Shown here: positions 11,959 to 24,335 of the stretch, in pieces
How the letters are laid out: each line of letters begins with the position of its first letter
Numbering within the stretch: position 1 is the stretch's first letter
From: Asterias rubens
Lineage: Eukaryota
Length of the DNA: 64,000 nt
Direction: 5' to 3'
NCBI RefSeq assembly: GCF_902459465.1
Contig: NC_047066.1
Coordinates: forward strand, 3,596,001 to 3,660,000
Translations under genes and position numbers: made by a program
Notes under the pieces: model-generated
Seen by the model: only the letters and a program-made list of their open reading frames with translations
The model's database searches: none
What the model was told of the DNA's origin: nothing

Positions 11959-14900
11959 ATGGTAACTATGACTTACAAGAATGATCAGAAATACAGAGCT
12001 AGCAGCAGTAGCGGCAAGAAGGCCAGAGAGGCCGCCCAGGAGAGCGCAGAATGCCGGCGGCACGGCTACACCATGACGGATAAAACTCTCGGTACCGGGG
12101 CCTATGCTAAGGTCCGACTGGCTAGGGTTGGGGAGAAGAAACTGGAGAAGTGCGCCAAGCTCAAGCAGGATCTCAATGAGAAGGGCCATGACATGGTGAG
12201 GAACTTAGGCTGTGTCCGAAACGACGACTTCGCCTACAGAAGAATAGGCAGACGCGCGCGCCCTAGTCGTAGCTGTAGCCGAAGTCGCCGTTTCGGACAC
12301 GGCCTAACACACACATTTTTTTTGGTCAGAGTTCTTTTGGTGAACAAAAGAAAGCAAAAGACAGTATAGGCTTACTTGAACAGAATTGTCAACAAAACAT
12401 AATCACTTTAATTTGTAGGAAAGCTATAGAACTATACAATCCCGGCCGCCAAAATGCCCGAGCCACGTGATAATGGGATGAGCAGTCCGCGCATTGAGAG
12501 CAACTTTTAAACAGGGGCCCAAATTGCCGGGATCTTTTTTAGGGCGGCAAAATCAATACCAATCCCCCATTCAACAAGTTTTAAACACTGGTCTCAAATT
12601 GCACATATTATTTTCGCTCGCAAACGATAAGTCTGTAAGGCCTTACATGGGGGTCTCATTCATCCACACAGCGGTGCAATATAATATATCTTTACGGTCG
12701 TGGGGCATCCATATTGTATTTATGCAATTTAATTCAGTGCAACCAAAGTGAGGCTGGAAGGTCAACTGGTCCATTTCTGGTATAAATTTGCTCCATCGGC
12801 ATTGCACTCGGCGGACTTGACAAACAGTGTGCCAGCATGATCACACATGGGCCACCTTTTCGAAACCACGGCTTGGACTTTCAAACTCCGCCAGTTCAAA
12901 ATGTGCACTGAGGCCAAGCCCAAGAGGGAGCTCTGGTTTCGAAAAGGGCTTAAAGGCAGTGGACACTATTGGTAATTACTCAAAATAAATATCATCATAA
13001 AACCTCACTTGGTAATGAGTAATAGGGAGAGGTTGAAAGTATAAAACAATGTGAGAAACGGCTCCCTCTGAAGTGACGTAGTTTTCGAGAAAGAAGTAAT
13101 TTTCCCACGAATTTGATTTCGAGACCTCAAGTTTAGAATTTGAGGTCTCGAAATCAAGCATCAGAAAGCACACAACTTTGTGTGACAAGGGTGTTTTTTT
13201 CTTTCATTAATATCTCGCAACTTCGACGACCGATTGAGCTCACATGATTTTCACAGGTTTGTTATTTTATGCATATGTTGAGATACACCAACTGTGAAGA
13301 CTAGTCTTTGACAATAACCAATAGTGTCCACTGTCTTTAAATATGAAACTATTTTTACTCTACCTACAGGTGGCCATCAAGATTATCTCTAAGAAGCATG
13401 CACCCAGTGAGTACATCCACAAGTTCATGCCTCGTGAGATTGATGCTTTAAAGGTTACATACAAGCATCCACATCTGGTACGTAATAGCCACACCTCCAT
13501 GGATTTACAATGTGTAATATAATGGGTATTGTACTGTTGGGATTTCGCCAAAGCCCTTCTTAAAAAAAGTCAAATTGGATTAAAGAAAAATGGGGGAAAA
13601 ACCGGCAAACAATATTGTGACCCGCTCTGTGAAAATGAGTCACATGTAGCGATTTCAGGAATTGAGTTATATGCATGGCTGGAAAGAACACATCAGCAGC
13701 AGTAATTTGGTATGTGTCTAAGCTTTGGGGTGTATCGCGTTGCTGAGTTACTCCCGTTTGAAATTAGCCACCTTCACCATTTTGTTTTTGAAAAACGAAT
13801 TACAAGTAAAATGATATTTTAAACTACCATTGTGTGCAAAAGGATACTAATTAGACATAAGTATGATCACAAAATTGTTGTATTCATAGCTTTATTGCCT
13901 AAAAGTAAGTGTTCTAAAGATTAACCATGCAACTAAAGATCTTTAAAGGAAAGAAAAAAGTTTTTTGACCAACAGTTTTTTTTTTTAATGAACATGTGAC
14001 CTCACCTTGGGACGGAAGGTTCACAAAGCCACAGGTTTAAGATTAGGTTTTCACCCAGACTCTTACAAAATAATATCACTCTAAAAATTCCCGGGGCAGA
14101 ATTGATCCGGTTTCTGGCGGCTCGGGGCCTGACCCAATTTCCCAAGTTTCGGATCAGACTAATCCGGAAACTTAACTCAATAAAGATGGGATTCTCAATT
14201 CAGATACTGCGTAAGTTTGACTCCATTCCGGAACATTTCGACACTTGACCCTCGGGTCATACAGAGCCCAGCTAGCAGCCGGTTTCACGAAACGCTCGAG
14301 TTAAGACGAGTAATAGTCATAACTTAGGATTAAACTTAAGGTTTACATCAGTGCAAGGCTGGGACTCGTCCCAAGTCTTAAGATTAATCCTAGATTAGGA
14401 AGAGTTTAGTGAAATCGATTGCTGAGGAACCGGGATCAGTTTCATAAAGAGTTACGACAGAATGATGAGCAAAAGTGTGATGTCGCAATACAAATCACTC
14501 TGGCAATACTGACACCTCATCTTAACGGCAGTGGACACTATTGGTAATTACTCAAAATAATTATTCGCATAAAACCTTACTTGGTGACGAGTAATGGGGA
14601 GAGGTTGATGATATAAAACATCGTGAGAAACGGCTCCCTCTGAAGTGCCATAGTTTTCGAGAAAGAAGTAATTTTCCAAGAACTTGTTTTTCGAGACCTC
14701 AGATTTTAGAATTTGAGGTCTCGAAATCGACCATCTATTAAACGCACACAACTTCGTGTTCTTCCTCCATGGTGTGACAGGGGTGTTTTTTCTTTCATTA
14801 TTATCTCGCAACTTCGATGACCAATTGAGCTCAAATTTTCACAGGTTTGTTATTTAATGCATATGTTGAGATACACCATGAGAAGACCGGTCTTTGACAA

Positions 14901-17900
14901 TAATTACCAAAGGTGTCCAGTGTCTTTAAAAATGAATCTTAGTGCTTTGTGAAATCGAGCTCTTGAGTAATTCTGACTCGTGAGTTTTGAGTGTGTAAAT
15001 GAAAGTCCCAGTCCTATTTTGATTGTTTGTGATTTCACTTTACTGACAACAGATTCAACTTTACGAAGTATTTCGTTCCGAGACGCGCATCTTCCTCGTG
15101 ATGGACTACGCCCCCAACGGCGACATTCTCTCCTACATCAACGAATGTGTGCTGGAGACGGGATGTGCCGTCAAGGAGGAGACGGCCCGACGGCTGTTTA
15201 AGCACATCATAAGCGGCGTGGCGCATTGCCACCAACTCAACGTTGTGCACAGGTGACATACATTCACTTTTTGTTAATAAACGACGGCAATTTTCCAAAG
15301 TAACCTTTTCGAACCAACCTGGCGGATTTTTCGAGGGGGACAAAAGTAGTTGACAGATGTTCCATACAATATATTGCCTCAATATGGACCAACAAACAAA
15401 TGAAAGACGTCACAAACAACTTCAAAGTTTTGAAGAAAATCAGACGCAAAACATACCGAAGCATTCAACTATTATGACCTCATAATATATGAATACAGTT
15501 CTCTTCTCCAACAGAGATCTGAAATGTGAAAACATATTGCTGGATGAAAACGACAATGTAAAAATCTCAGGTAAGTTGGAAATAATTAAATATTGTTTGC
15601 TATAATACCTAAAATATCAGTCATCACTCAAAGCCTCTTTGTTACACTCTTGTCAACCTACAAGCTTACTGCTCCATGGTTCAAGTAGGACAAGTAGTCC
15701 ATCGGCTTTACGTCCTGTCTTATGGACCCTACCATACAAGTAGAAGTAGAAGTAGAAGTTCACCCATAAGTTATATATCCCTCGAGGAGTTTGTTTCAGT
15801 ATCGACAGATCATATTTATACTTATAACCAACGCCAAAGCGAGCACTTTTTCTCTCGCGAAACAATGATATTTTCAAACCCGCCGTTAGCTTTGTACATT
15901 TTCATTCACATCATTAAAGACTCTGGACACTATTGGTAATTGTCAAAGACTAGCCTTCACAGTTGGTGTATCTCAACACATGCATAAAATAACAAACCTG
16001 TGAAAGTTTGAGCTCAATCGGTCATCGAAGTTGCGAGATAATAATGAAAGAAAAAAAACATTCTCACACACGAAGTTGTGTGCGTTTAGATAATTGATTT
16101 CGATACCTCAAGTTCTAAACCTGAGGTCTCGAAATCAAATTCGTGGAAAATTACTTCTTTCTCGAAAACTATGGCACTTCAGAGGAAACCGTTTCTCACA
16201 ATGTTTTACACCATCAACCTCTCCCCGTTACTCGTCACCAAGAAAGGTTTTATGCCAATAATTATTTTGAGTAATTACCAATAGTGTCCACTGCCTTTAA
16301 GTACTCATAAACGCACACCTTTGGTAATTGCCAAAAACTCTCATCGGGTGAATTTCAACAAATGCAAAACAAATCTGTGAAAATTTGGACTCAATTGGTC
16401 ATCATATCGATCGCAAGATGAAAAAAAAAACTCACCCTGTTGCACAAAATGTGTGTGCTTACAGATGCCTGGAAAAGGCTTCAGGTCTGAATTTTTTTCA
16501 AATTCCAATATTTGAGTGAGAACTTACCTCATTCTAGAAAACTATACGTTACTTCAGAGGGAGCCGTTTCTCACAATGTTTTCAAAACTCTCCGTTGCTC
16601 GTTACTTAGTAGGCCTATGTGCTATAGTATTCTGAGTAATTACCAACAGTGTCCAGTGCCTTTATGCTTGATATTTCCTTGTTTATTCTCTATACCCGCG
16701 TTCAGATTTCGGATTTGCTTGTCGTTTCCCAACCAATCGATGCAACATGTTGTCCACATTCTGCGGGTCGTATGCATACGCGGCACCAGAGATCCTGTCA
16801 GCTAGAAACTACGACGGGAAACTCGCAGATATTTGGAGTTTGTAAGTAACCTGATTTTGTTTTTAAATACGCAGGCTAGGCTTACATAAGCAATGGCAAT
16901 TATTTCAAAATTATAATGATAATTACTTTATCTTTTGAGTCATTTAACTTGAGTGCCAAAGCTGAGTGCCATTTTTTATAGTTCGATAGTTTTTATTAGC
17001 AATTTTTCTGGACAGTTGGTCAAAGTGCTGAAATTTGTTTGCTAAGATACATTTTCCCTATCAAAATGTGTCTGTAATTTTTTTTTTTTTTTTTTATTTT
17101 TTTTTTAAACCTATAGCTCTCCTTTAAGGCTTCGTTATACTGTTGACTGAGTGGCTGTTCAAAAACAATACATTTTGAGCAGTACTGTGTCACCCAGTTA
17201 TTTTCAAGCGATAAGTGATTCCTTTCACCATCATGACCTATGTTGGTGATTATATTGTTCTTACAGAGGTGTTGTTCTATACGCAATGGTGAATGGACGT
17301 CTGCCATTCAATGATCAGAACCTCAACACACTTCTGGAACAAACCCGTCGAAAACTGAACTTCCAACCTTGGGTATCTTCCGGTAAGACAGAGTATCAGA
17401 TTTATCCCCATTAAAGCTGCATAAGATTACATGATCCAAGTCAAATAAAAAATCATACAACCAAAGAAACTGTCTTAAAGGCACTGGACACGTTTGGTAA
17501 TTGTCAAAGACTAGTATTACCACTTGGTGTCCTGTGCATAAAACAACTAATCTGTACAAATTTGGACCCAATTGGTCATCGAAGTTGCAATAAAATAATG
17601 AAAGAAAAACAGCCTTTTTGCACAAAATGTGTGTGCTTTCAGGATCAGATACTTAATAACAGACTTGAGACCTGAAGTCTGTTATTATTTAAGTGAGATA
17701 TTACCTCTTTCTCAATAACTATGTGTGAGAGGGAGCCGTTGATCACAATATTTTATACTATCAATATAGCTCTCTATTGCTCGTTACCAAGTAAGTTTTG
17801 ATCCTGACATTTATTTTGAATAATTACCAATAGTGTCCAGCTCTTCTAATTATAACTGCTTTCTTGTTCTGATGTTGTTCCTCAGACTGTGCCGATCTGA

Positions 17901-20050
17901 TCCGTAGATTACTAAGGACGCGTCCACTGACGAGACTCCGTATGCACGAGATCATCGCACATCCATGGGTTCGCAAAAACCTCAACACTAAGAATCTAAC
18001 AGCTTTTCCCTCCAGCCAGGTGAGCCATCAGAAAAAATGACAACATCGATTTCAGACAAGGAGATGAAACTATCATTCTGTTTTTGAGCTTCCTAAAACT
18101 TCAATATGCTTCAAACAAGAGAGCTTATTTAAAAAAAAAAATTAAAAAAAAGGAATAGCATTAATTCTTTAAACTGCCTGACATTGTGTTGTGGCATATT
18201 GGGGTTATGTCTATGATGACCACAGCACAATCTTCTGTATAATAGCCGAGGAGTGATTTTCGAAGAGGATTGACAAAGCGACTTGATACAACTGTACTAT
18301 AATTATTTTGGCAAGACAAAGCACGAAAGGTCAAAATTGTGTTGCTTCAATTCCCGCCAATGTACAAAAATACACACGTCCTTGCGCGCGTAATACAGTT
18401 ACTTTTATGTAACTTTCATCCATATAAAATCAGAACGGAAATCAGCAGTAGGCCTTCAACAATCTGACACAGACCCAACACTATTCCCCTCTTTGCTGTT
18501 ACAGGCCTTCCTAAAAGTCATACAGGAAAGTTCTGATGAGAATTTGACCGGTAAAGCAGACAAGTACGCCAGTCTCAAAGAACCAACGCTTGTCCTGAAA
18601 CCTAACGGCAAAACAGTTCGACTGGACCCCAAAGCCGGTAAGTCCATTGCCAGTAGTCAGGCCAGGCCCAAGACCCGCCACCAACCATGTAATAATTCTC
18701 TTTTGAGCGAGTGTTGGCTCTGAAAAGAGCCTGTTTGGTCTCAACGTTTTGAACTGTGCAGTATACTCTGCTCATCTTCAGGAGACACACAAATTATTAC
18801 ACTGTTGTACCCGCAATTAAGTATTTCTTTCTAGTTTATTCTTATTCTTCACACCATGCAAAAGCTTGATACATCACTTATGATCTAAATACAATGATGA
18901 TGCAGAGAAATGTCTGCAGTTTGGGCTGACGAAAATCTAATTGGTTCTGAAGTGGAATCGATAAGAATTAGAATAATGTGATTGTTGCTGCGATCTAGAA
19001 CACAGTCAAAACGATAATTTCGTACACATTTTCCTCCCAACAGACACAAAGACTATAACGAAAGATAAAGAGGAACAAGCCAGTAAGCCAGCGGCTCGAC
19101 ACCACCAGAGTGTACACTTTGTGCCTTCACCCGAGTGCCCACATCAGAAGAGTCCAAAGCCAGACACACCCCCAAGTTGCACTTCAACCAAGAAAGCAAC
19201 CCCAACAAATAAGACGGCTGACAGCACCCGCATCAAAAACTTATATCGTCGCATCCTCAAGCCGTCCTTGGGCACTGAGTACGTCTTTGAAGTTGTCGAG
19301 AATGAGCAGGAGCAGGAGCGACTGATTGAGAAGAGGCTACGGATGAATGCGTGGGGCAAAAGCCCTCCTCCCAAGACCCCTCGCCGGATCTTGGACACCA
19401 GGAAGCAGATCCGGAAAGCAGTCCAACCAGGAGCTTCATCACCTCAAGCATCCTCACCCTCACCCAGGGTGACCAAGGCATACGCCCCGACCCAGACTAT
19501 GTCTGATACAACGAATGATAGCCTGGCTGGTTATACAACCACCTTGGTACCTGTGGATATCAGGGAGAAAATCTACATGCGACCAAGCAGAGATGGGTCT
19601 CCTGGAGAGCGGGAATCTATCACCCGTATACGGTACCGTCTGGGGTTGTCTCCAACACCAACTCCAACTGGACAGGCAGATCGGAAGAAGTACTCAGCGA
19701 GTGAGCCTGCTAGTTTGACGACTGGGAAGAAGCCAGGGGTGTCCAATTTCATTCACGTCCACGGGAAGACGGAGCTGTGGAAGAGGGCACTCCGCGGGAC
19801 GCTCCAGAAGGAAGCCAGCAAGAAGAACGACCTGCGGTTAGAGTCTCCGAGCCCGAGGGCCAGCCCGGTCACGGCGTCTGGTTCGGCAAATGGTGGCAGT
19901 AGTAAGTTCAAGGCAAAGATGCGTGTTCTGGCAAGAAGGAACTTACTGAACCGCATCATGCTGAAGCCAGAGCCGGAGGTGCGAACAAGTGAGCTCCTTA
20001 ATCAGCTACAGAAGAATCTTCCACTACTTAGTGAGACAGTTGCTGTCTAA
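11959..20050 (+). CDS. TSSK5: Testis-specific Ser/Thr kinase, TSSK5-like, 9 exons: 11959-12195, 13370-13477, 15053-15252, 15515-15570, 16706-16841, 17267-17382, 17886-18019, 18505-18637, 19044-20050 (708 aa; alternative ATG at 11968)
   Basis: Kinase motifs [49 protein letters not shown] and HPWV are all in frame across GT-AG junctions. HRDLKCEN is the TSSK signature. The insert between beta2 and beta3 ([13 protein letters not shown]) and [14 protein letters not shown]...TYKH resemble mouse TSSK5 as recalled. The subfamily call is less certain than the kinase call. Confidence 0.88.
12208..12304. mobile_element. 97-bp hairpin MITE just inside TSSK intron 1
   Basis: Near-perfect inverted arms GGCTGTGTCCGAAACGACGACTTCG / CGAAGTCGCCGTTTCGGACACGGCC, with TA on both sides. 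Confidence 0.7.
12950..13340. mobile_element. MITE family 1 copy (TSSK intron 1)
   Basis: TTAA-AGGCAGTGGACAC...GTGTCCACTGTCT-TTAA. Confidence 0.8.
14522..14929. mobile_element. MITE family 1 copy (TSSK intron 2), apparently nested in an older MITE
   Basis: TTAA flanks and TIRs. The flanking sequence carries split ends GTTTCATAAAG / CTTTGTGAAAT of another element. Confidence 0.78.
15914..16300. mobile_element. MITE family 1 copy (TSSK intron 4), opposite orientation to 14522-14929; a degenerate second copy follows at ~16315-16662
   Basis: TTAA-AGACTCTGGACAC...GTGTCCACTGCCT-TTAA. Confidence 0.8.
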
Positions 20051-21361
20051 GAGGAAGCTTAGGGTGGGGTTTACTGTCTAGAGTACAGAGAAGCATCGGA
20101 CTGGGGGGGGGGGGAGGGTGGGTTAAGTATTACACTTGGGAGATGTGGGTTGTTGGGTTTGCATCTGGTCTAAACCATGGAGAGAGGAATACATGTTTAA
20201 TGAACTGCTTCTTACTTCCTCTGAGAAGTATTCTAATGCAGACCGAGAAATGAGAGATGGTCGATTGCTGGAATAAATTACAAAAATGAGGGTGCAATAT
20301 GAACGCAATAGTGATAGATGTCAGAGTGTGTCTGCGTTCGGGGTTAAATAGTTATCACGGTGCGGCCATCTTGATTTATTATCACATTCAAGTCAATGAA
20401 ACCAAACCGAGGCTGCGGGGGAAAATAAACGTCTGGCACAGAGTTGCTGTAATTCAGTTTTCATTTGTTTTCACTAAAAGATGTCATGTGTAATAAAAAG
20501 CGAATGGATTGCTATTCTCTCATTGGCCCGAGGTCAAGACATGTCAGCTGGGGTGCAAATTACTTAATCACGTCATACGAGAGAAAAGGTAAACCAAAAA
20601 AGCAAGTAGACAAATCCTTTTATCGTTCGATTCAAGACAGAGAACATAATGTTCTAGTACTTAAAAAAAAGGGTTAATTCCATTCAACTTCTATTCCTTA
20701 ATTCATTCCTCACGAAAATGAAAGTATCTTTCCACATAATTATTTGAAATGTAGACAAGAGTGTAACAAATGATGCAGTTATTTAAATGCATTTAAAATT
20801 TTGTCATTTTGACGACATAACTGTTTGTTAATATGAATTGTAAAAGTAAACTTTACAAACCGTTTTCTAATTAAAGAATAAATAACGCATAGACAGAACT
20901 TCAAAAACTAATAATCTGTTTTAATACTGAACACCTTGACCTTGTTATACAGTCAAGGATTGTTTTAAGCGGGTATGTGTTAAAAGGAAACGTTAATAAA
21001 ATACTTATAGTCAACAAAGATTATAATAATTGTACGACTTTTATCACAGATTAAACTGTCTTTATAAAGAGTAAGAGATTTTCAAACTGTTTAAACTTTA
21101 CGATCAAGGTGAAAACCTTATTTTTTATAAGTCAGTGTTTTCAATGATGAATCAATACCCACAATTAGGTTGGGTATTTTGCACTTGATCCGGTTACCTC
21201 CCACATTGTCCCCAATTATCAACAGTATAGCAAATTTCTTTAACCCTTGTTTACAAATAGAGGAACCTTGCATAGCTTGAGGTTTAATGGTTAACTTTTA
21301 AATACAAAATGCTGGTATTTCTGCATAGTCACAGTCCACTGAAAATGTCTTAATGGTGTCC

Positions 21362-21464
21362 CACCAGAGCACTCAAAAGCATTTCTTTCTCAAGATAATA
21401 ACCTAAGCCTAGGGCTTCTTGAGTCACCATCTGTCATTAGCGCTTATTGTGGTCCTCTGCTGGT
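21362..21464 (-). promoter_or_regulatory. SECIS element (type II) in the SELENOH 3'UTR exon
   Basis: Minus strand reads AUGAC-AGAUGGUGAC-UC-AA-G-AAGCC CUA GGCUU-AG-GUUAUUAUCU-UGAG. This gives a UGAC/UGAG core, a 10-bp helix II, an unpaired AA, an apical mini-stem, a lower helix AAGCG/UGCUU and an extended basal stem. It lies below a strong acceptor at 21500-21501. Confidence 0.87.
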
Positions 21465-22739
21465 ACGCCAAACTTTTAACTCTCTAGTGGCTGAGATGAC
21501 TGTGTTGGGGGACACAAGAAGGAAAGCAAGACTTTAGAGAGGGGCAACTTGGTAGACATCTATGAGCAAGTTCGAGTGCGAACATTTAGCTGACCTGTGG
21601 CTCTTAAAGGAACACGGATAGGCCGTTTTATGGAGTCAAAATTTTGACACCACAAAATGGCTGACCGTATTTCTTCGCGACGTAAAAGGAAAACCGTGCA
21701 ATTTTAAGGCATGTTTGTGTGGATCATTATATTCTACTTTTAAGTTTTCGAGCTAACCATTTGCATTTCATAACAAAAAAGTTTCAAACGCTTTTCAAAG
21801 ATCAACTCGACCGATCCAAAGCTCTGTGTAAAAGAGTGGAAAATTTCACTCGCTAGTCCAAGTGGCGTCAATTTTACTCTTTTGAGAGTGAATGTCAATC
21901 TGTGTCTCTCTTTTTGATTGAATTTGGAACAAACTTCAATCAAAATCTAGTTGAAAGTACCTGCCATAAAAATGGCTCTTTGCAAGAGTGGTATGGCGGA
22001 CAAAATGGTTTTTCACTCTTTTGTAACATAAAGTACTGACCAGCAACATACACGCGAAGTGACGTATTCACTCGAACGACTCGTTTGAAAACCTAGTCAA
22101 CCATCGACACCAAGGTATTCAATCCTCTATAGCCTTCGGCATTTGAGCTATAGTGTCACTGGTTACCCATGTAAGCAAGGAACGGGCTATCGGGACTACG
22201 GAAGAAACCATGGTCTAGAGGCTGGTTCCGAATGATCAATAACACTAGTCAACCAATAGTCGACCAGCCTGGGTTTGAGCCAAAGTAGTCAACCTTTAGA
22301 TAACCCTGGTGCACACTTGAACTTGCTCCGTGTCAGTAAGCCCGAGATAAGTCAAAGGTACAGTTTCATATTACTGCTTAGGCACAAAAAGTAGCTAAGC
22401 ACAACAAAATGATTAACATTCAGTTGTTGCCTTTTGCACTGATGTGTATCAAGCAGGATTGGATTGAACCCATGACCTTTGCCATTCTAAAAGAAACTTT
22501 ATCACTATACCACTGAGCTTACATTGCCTAGAGGAAGTTCAACTCACAGGGATTTGAACCCATGACCTTTGACGTTCTAGAGCAGATGTCCCTACCACTA
22601 GACCACCGAGCCTCTCCAGTGCCTTAGAGGAAGTGCAAATCCCATAGTCTTATTTATGACATCTATTAAAATTCATTTTGTTAAATTTTTAACATCTATC
22701 AAAATTATCATTTTCTTACCTGTTTAGTGTAATCAAAGT

Positions 22740-24335
22740 CTACAAGGCTTTCTTGAACACTTCAATCACAACAGAAGACTCTGGAAACTTCAACTTACGT
22801 GGAGGTCCCTTCTTGACACCAGTCCAGAGAAGAACTTCTGTGGATCAAAAATACAATCACAGTTATCATTGAACCAGTAAAAAAAATTATTGTTCTGGTG
22901 AAGAAATTATAAATATAGTGAAAATGATTGTAATGGTGACAGTTATTGTTACGATGAAAACTTATCCTAATGGTGAATATCGCTCTGTGGTTTTTCAATT
23001 TTTCCTCTCAAAAACTTGACAACTTTAGTGACACGAAAACTTCTACAGGTAAATTATTTTACATACATCTTCATTCACAGTGTAGGGATTCATGTCATGA
23101 TCAAAACCCTTTAGCGTCTAAACATTGTACTATCTACTTACCAGACCCATCCTCTTTAAAGAGAGATATCTCAAAGCTCTTGGAGCGAGGCTTCGTTGGG
23201 TTCTTCTCTGCACCGATATCGGGGAACTCCGACTGCAATGCCTCAATAATCTGATCGGCATTGCGGCCGTACACGCGTCAGGAACGACTGTAAAATAAAT
23301 GCAAATAATATATGGCAATTAGTGAAATGAGTACTGGGCAATTCAAGTGTTCAAAGATACATGTTAAAAAAACAGATCAGGTTCTGCAGTGGCAGTGGAC
23401 AGCATTTTTTAGTAGGTTGAGGAGAACTTTCGTCTTTTGACTTTTATAATATTAATAGTATGGAAACCACCCCCAGCAAAGTCGCACACTACAAAGTCGC
23501 CTCCTAGCAAAGTCACCCCCTCACTTAAATTACAAAGTCGCCCCCTCTCAAGTTAAAGTCGTCCATGTCAAAATACTATATCGGTAGACATATATTCTGG
23601 AGTAATGTAATGATTTATTATTGACGTGACTGATTCATACAAGATACAAGATTACTGTTTACTGGGAGAGTACCTGGATCGACCTAGTGACGTATTGAGG
23701 TCATGGTATATTACTGCGCTGTGTGTATATAAAGTAGTACCTTCACAGTCCACTGACAGAGTTGCCCCCACGACTTTGTAGTGGCTAGTGGGCGACTTTG
23801 CAGTGAGTGGGTAACTTTACTGGGGGCGAGTTGACTGACATTCAATTATAGAGTCTCACTTTTTATGTCTGACCTGATCAAATGCAAGACGAATTTCCAC
23901 TAATTACACAATTGATTATGAATTAAAAAAGTATCTGATTAATCCCTCAATTGAGAAATTCCTGTTGTTAAAAAATTAGTGAAAAAGTGGCGGCAGGATA
24001 CGGAAAGTTTTCCCAAGCCCAGCAGTCAGCAGATGAGACTACACGAGTCTCACGACCAGGCAGTCGACCACCTCACACAAGGAGTGCACAGCGTGTCATC
24101 AAAATGCATGCACAACTTGATTGGGCGTCTATGGTGTTGCTATAGAAATTGACGGTATGACTTACCAGTGCTCAATCACAACTCGCATTTTACCAGAAGG
24201 CAATTTCTCCGACTCCGCTTTTCCCTTCTTCAACTTCTTGACGGTTGGCACTTCAGTTTTAGTTGATTGCCCTCCGTCATTCTCAGAGTTTCCCGCGGGC
24301 TCGCTCGAACGTTTTTTCCCACGTGGAGGAGCCAT
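22740..24335 (-). CDS. SELENOH: Selenoprotein H; coding exons 24335-24166, 23287-23142, 22837-22740 (137 aa, Sec60 encoded by TGA at 23280-23278)
   Basis: Translation MAPPRGKKR...VVIEHCRSURVYGRNA...KNPTKPRSKSFEI...LWTGVKKGPPRKLKFPE...KKAL* matches SelH (human VVIEHCTSURVYGRNA and LWTGIKKGPPRKLKFPE). Splice phases fit and a SECIS is found downstream. Confidence 0.94.
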
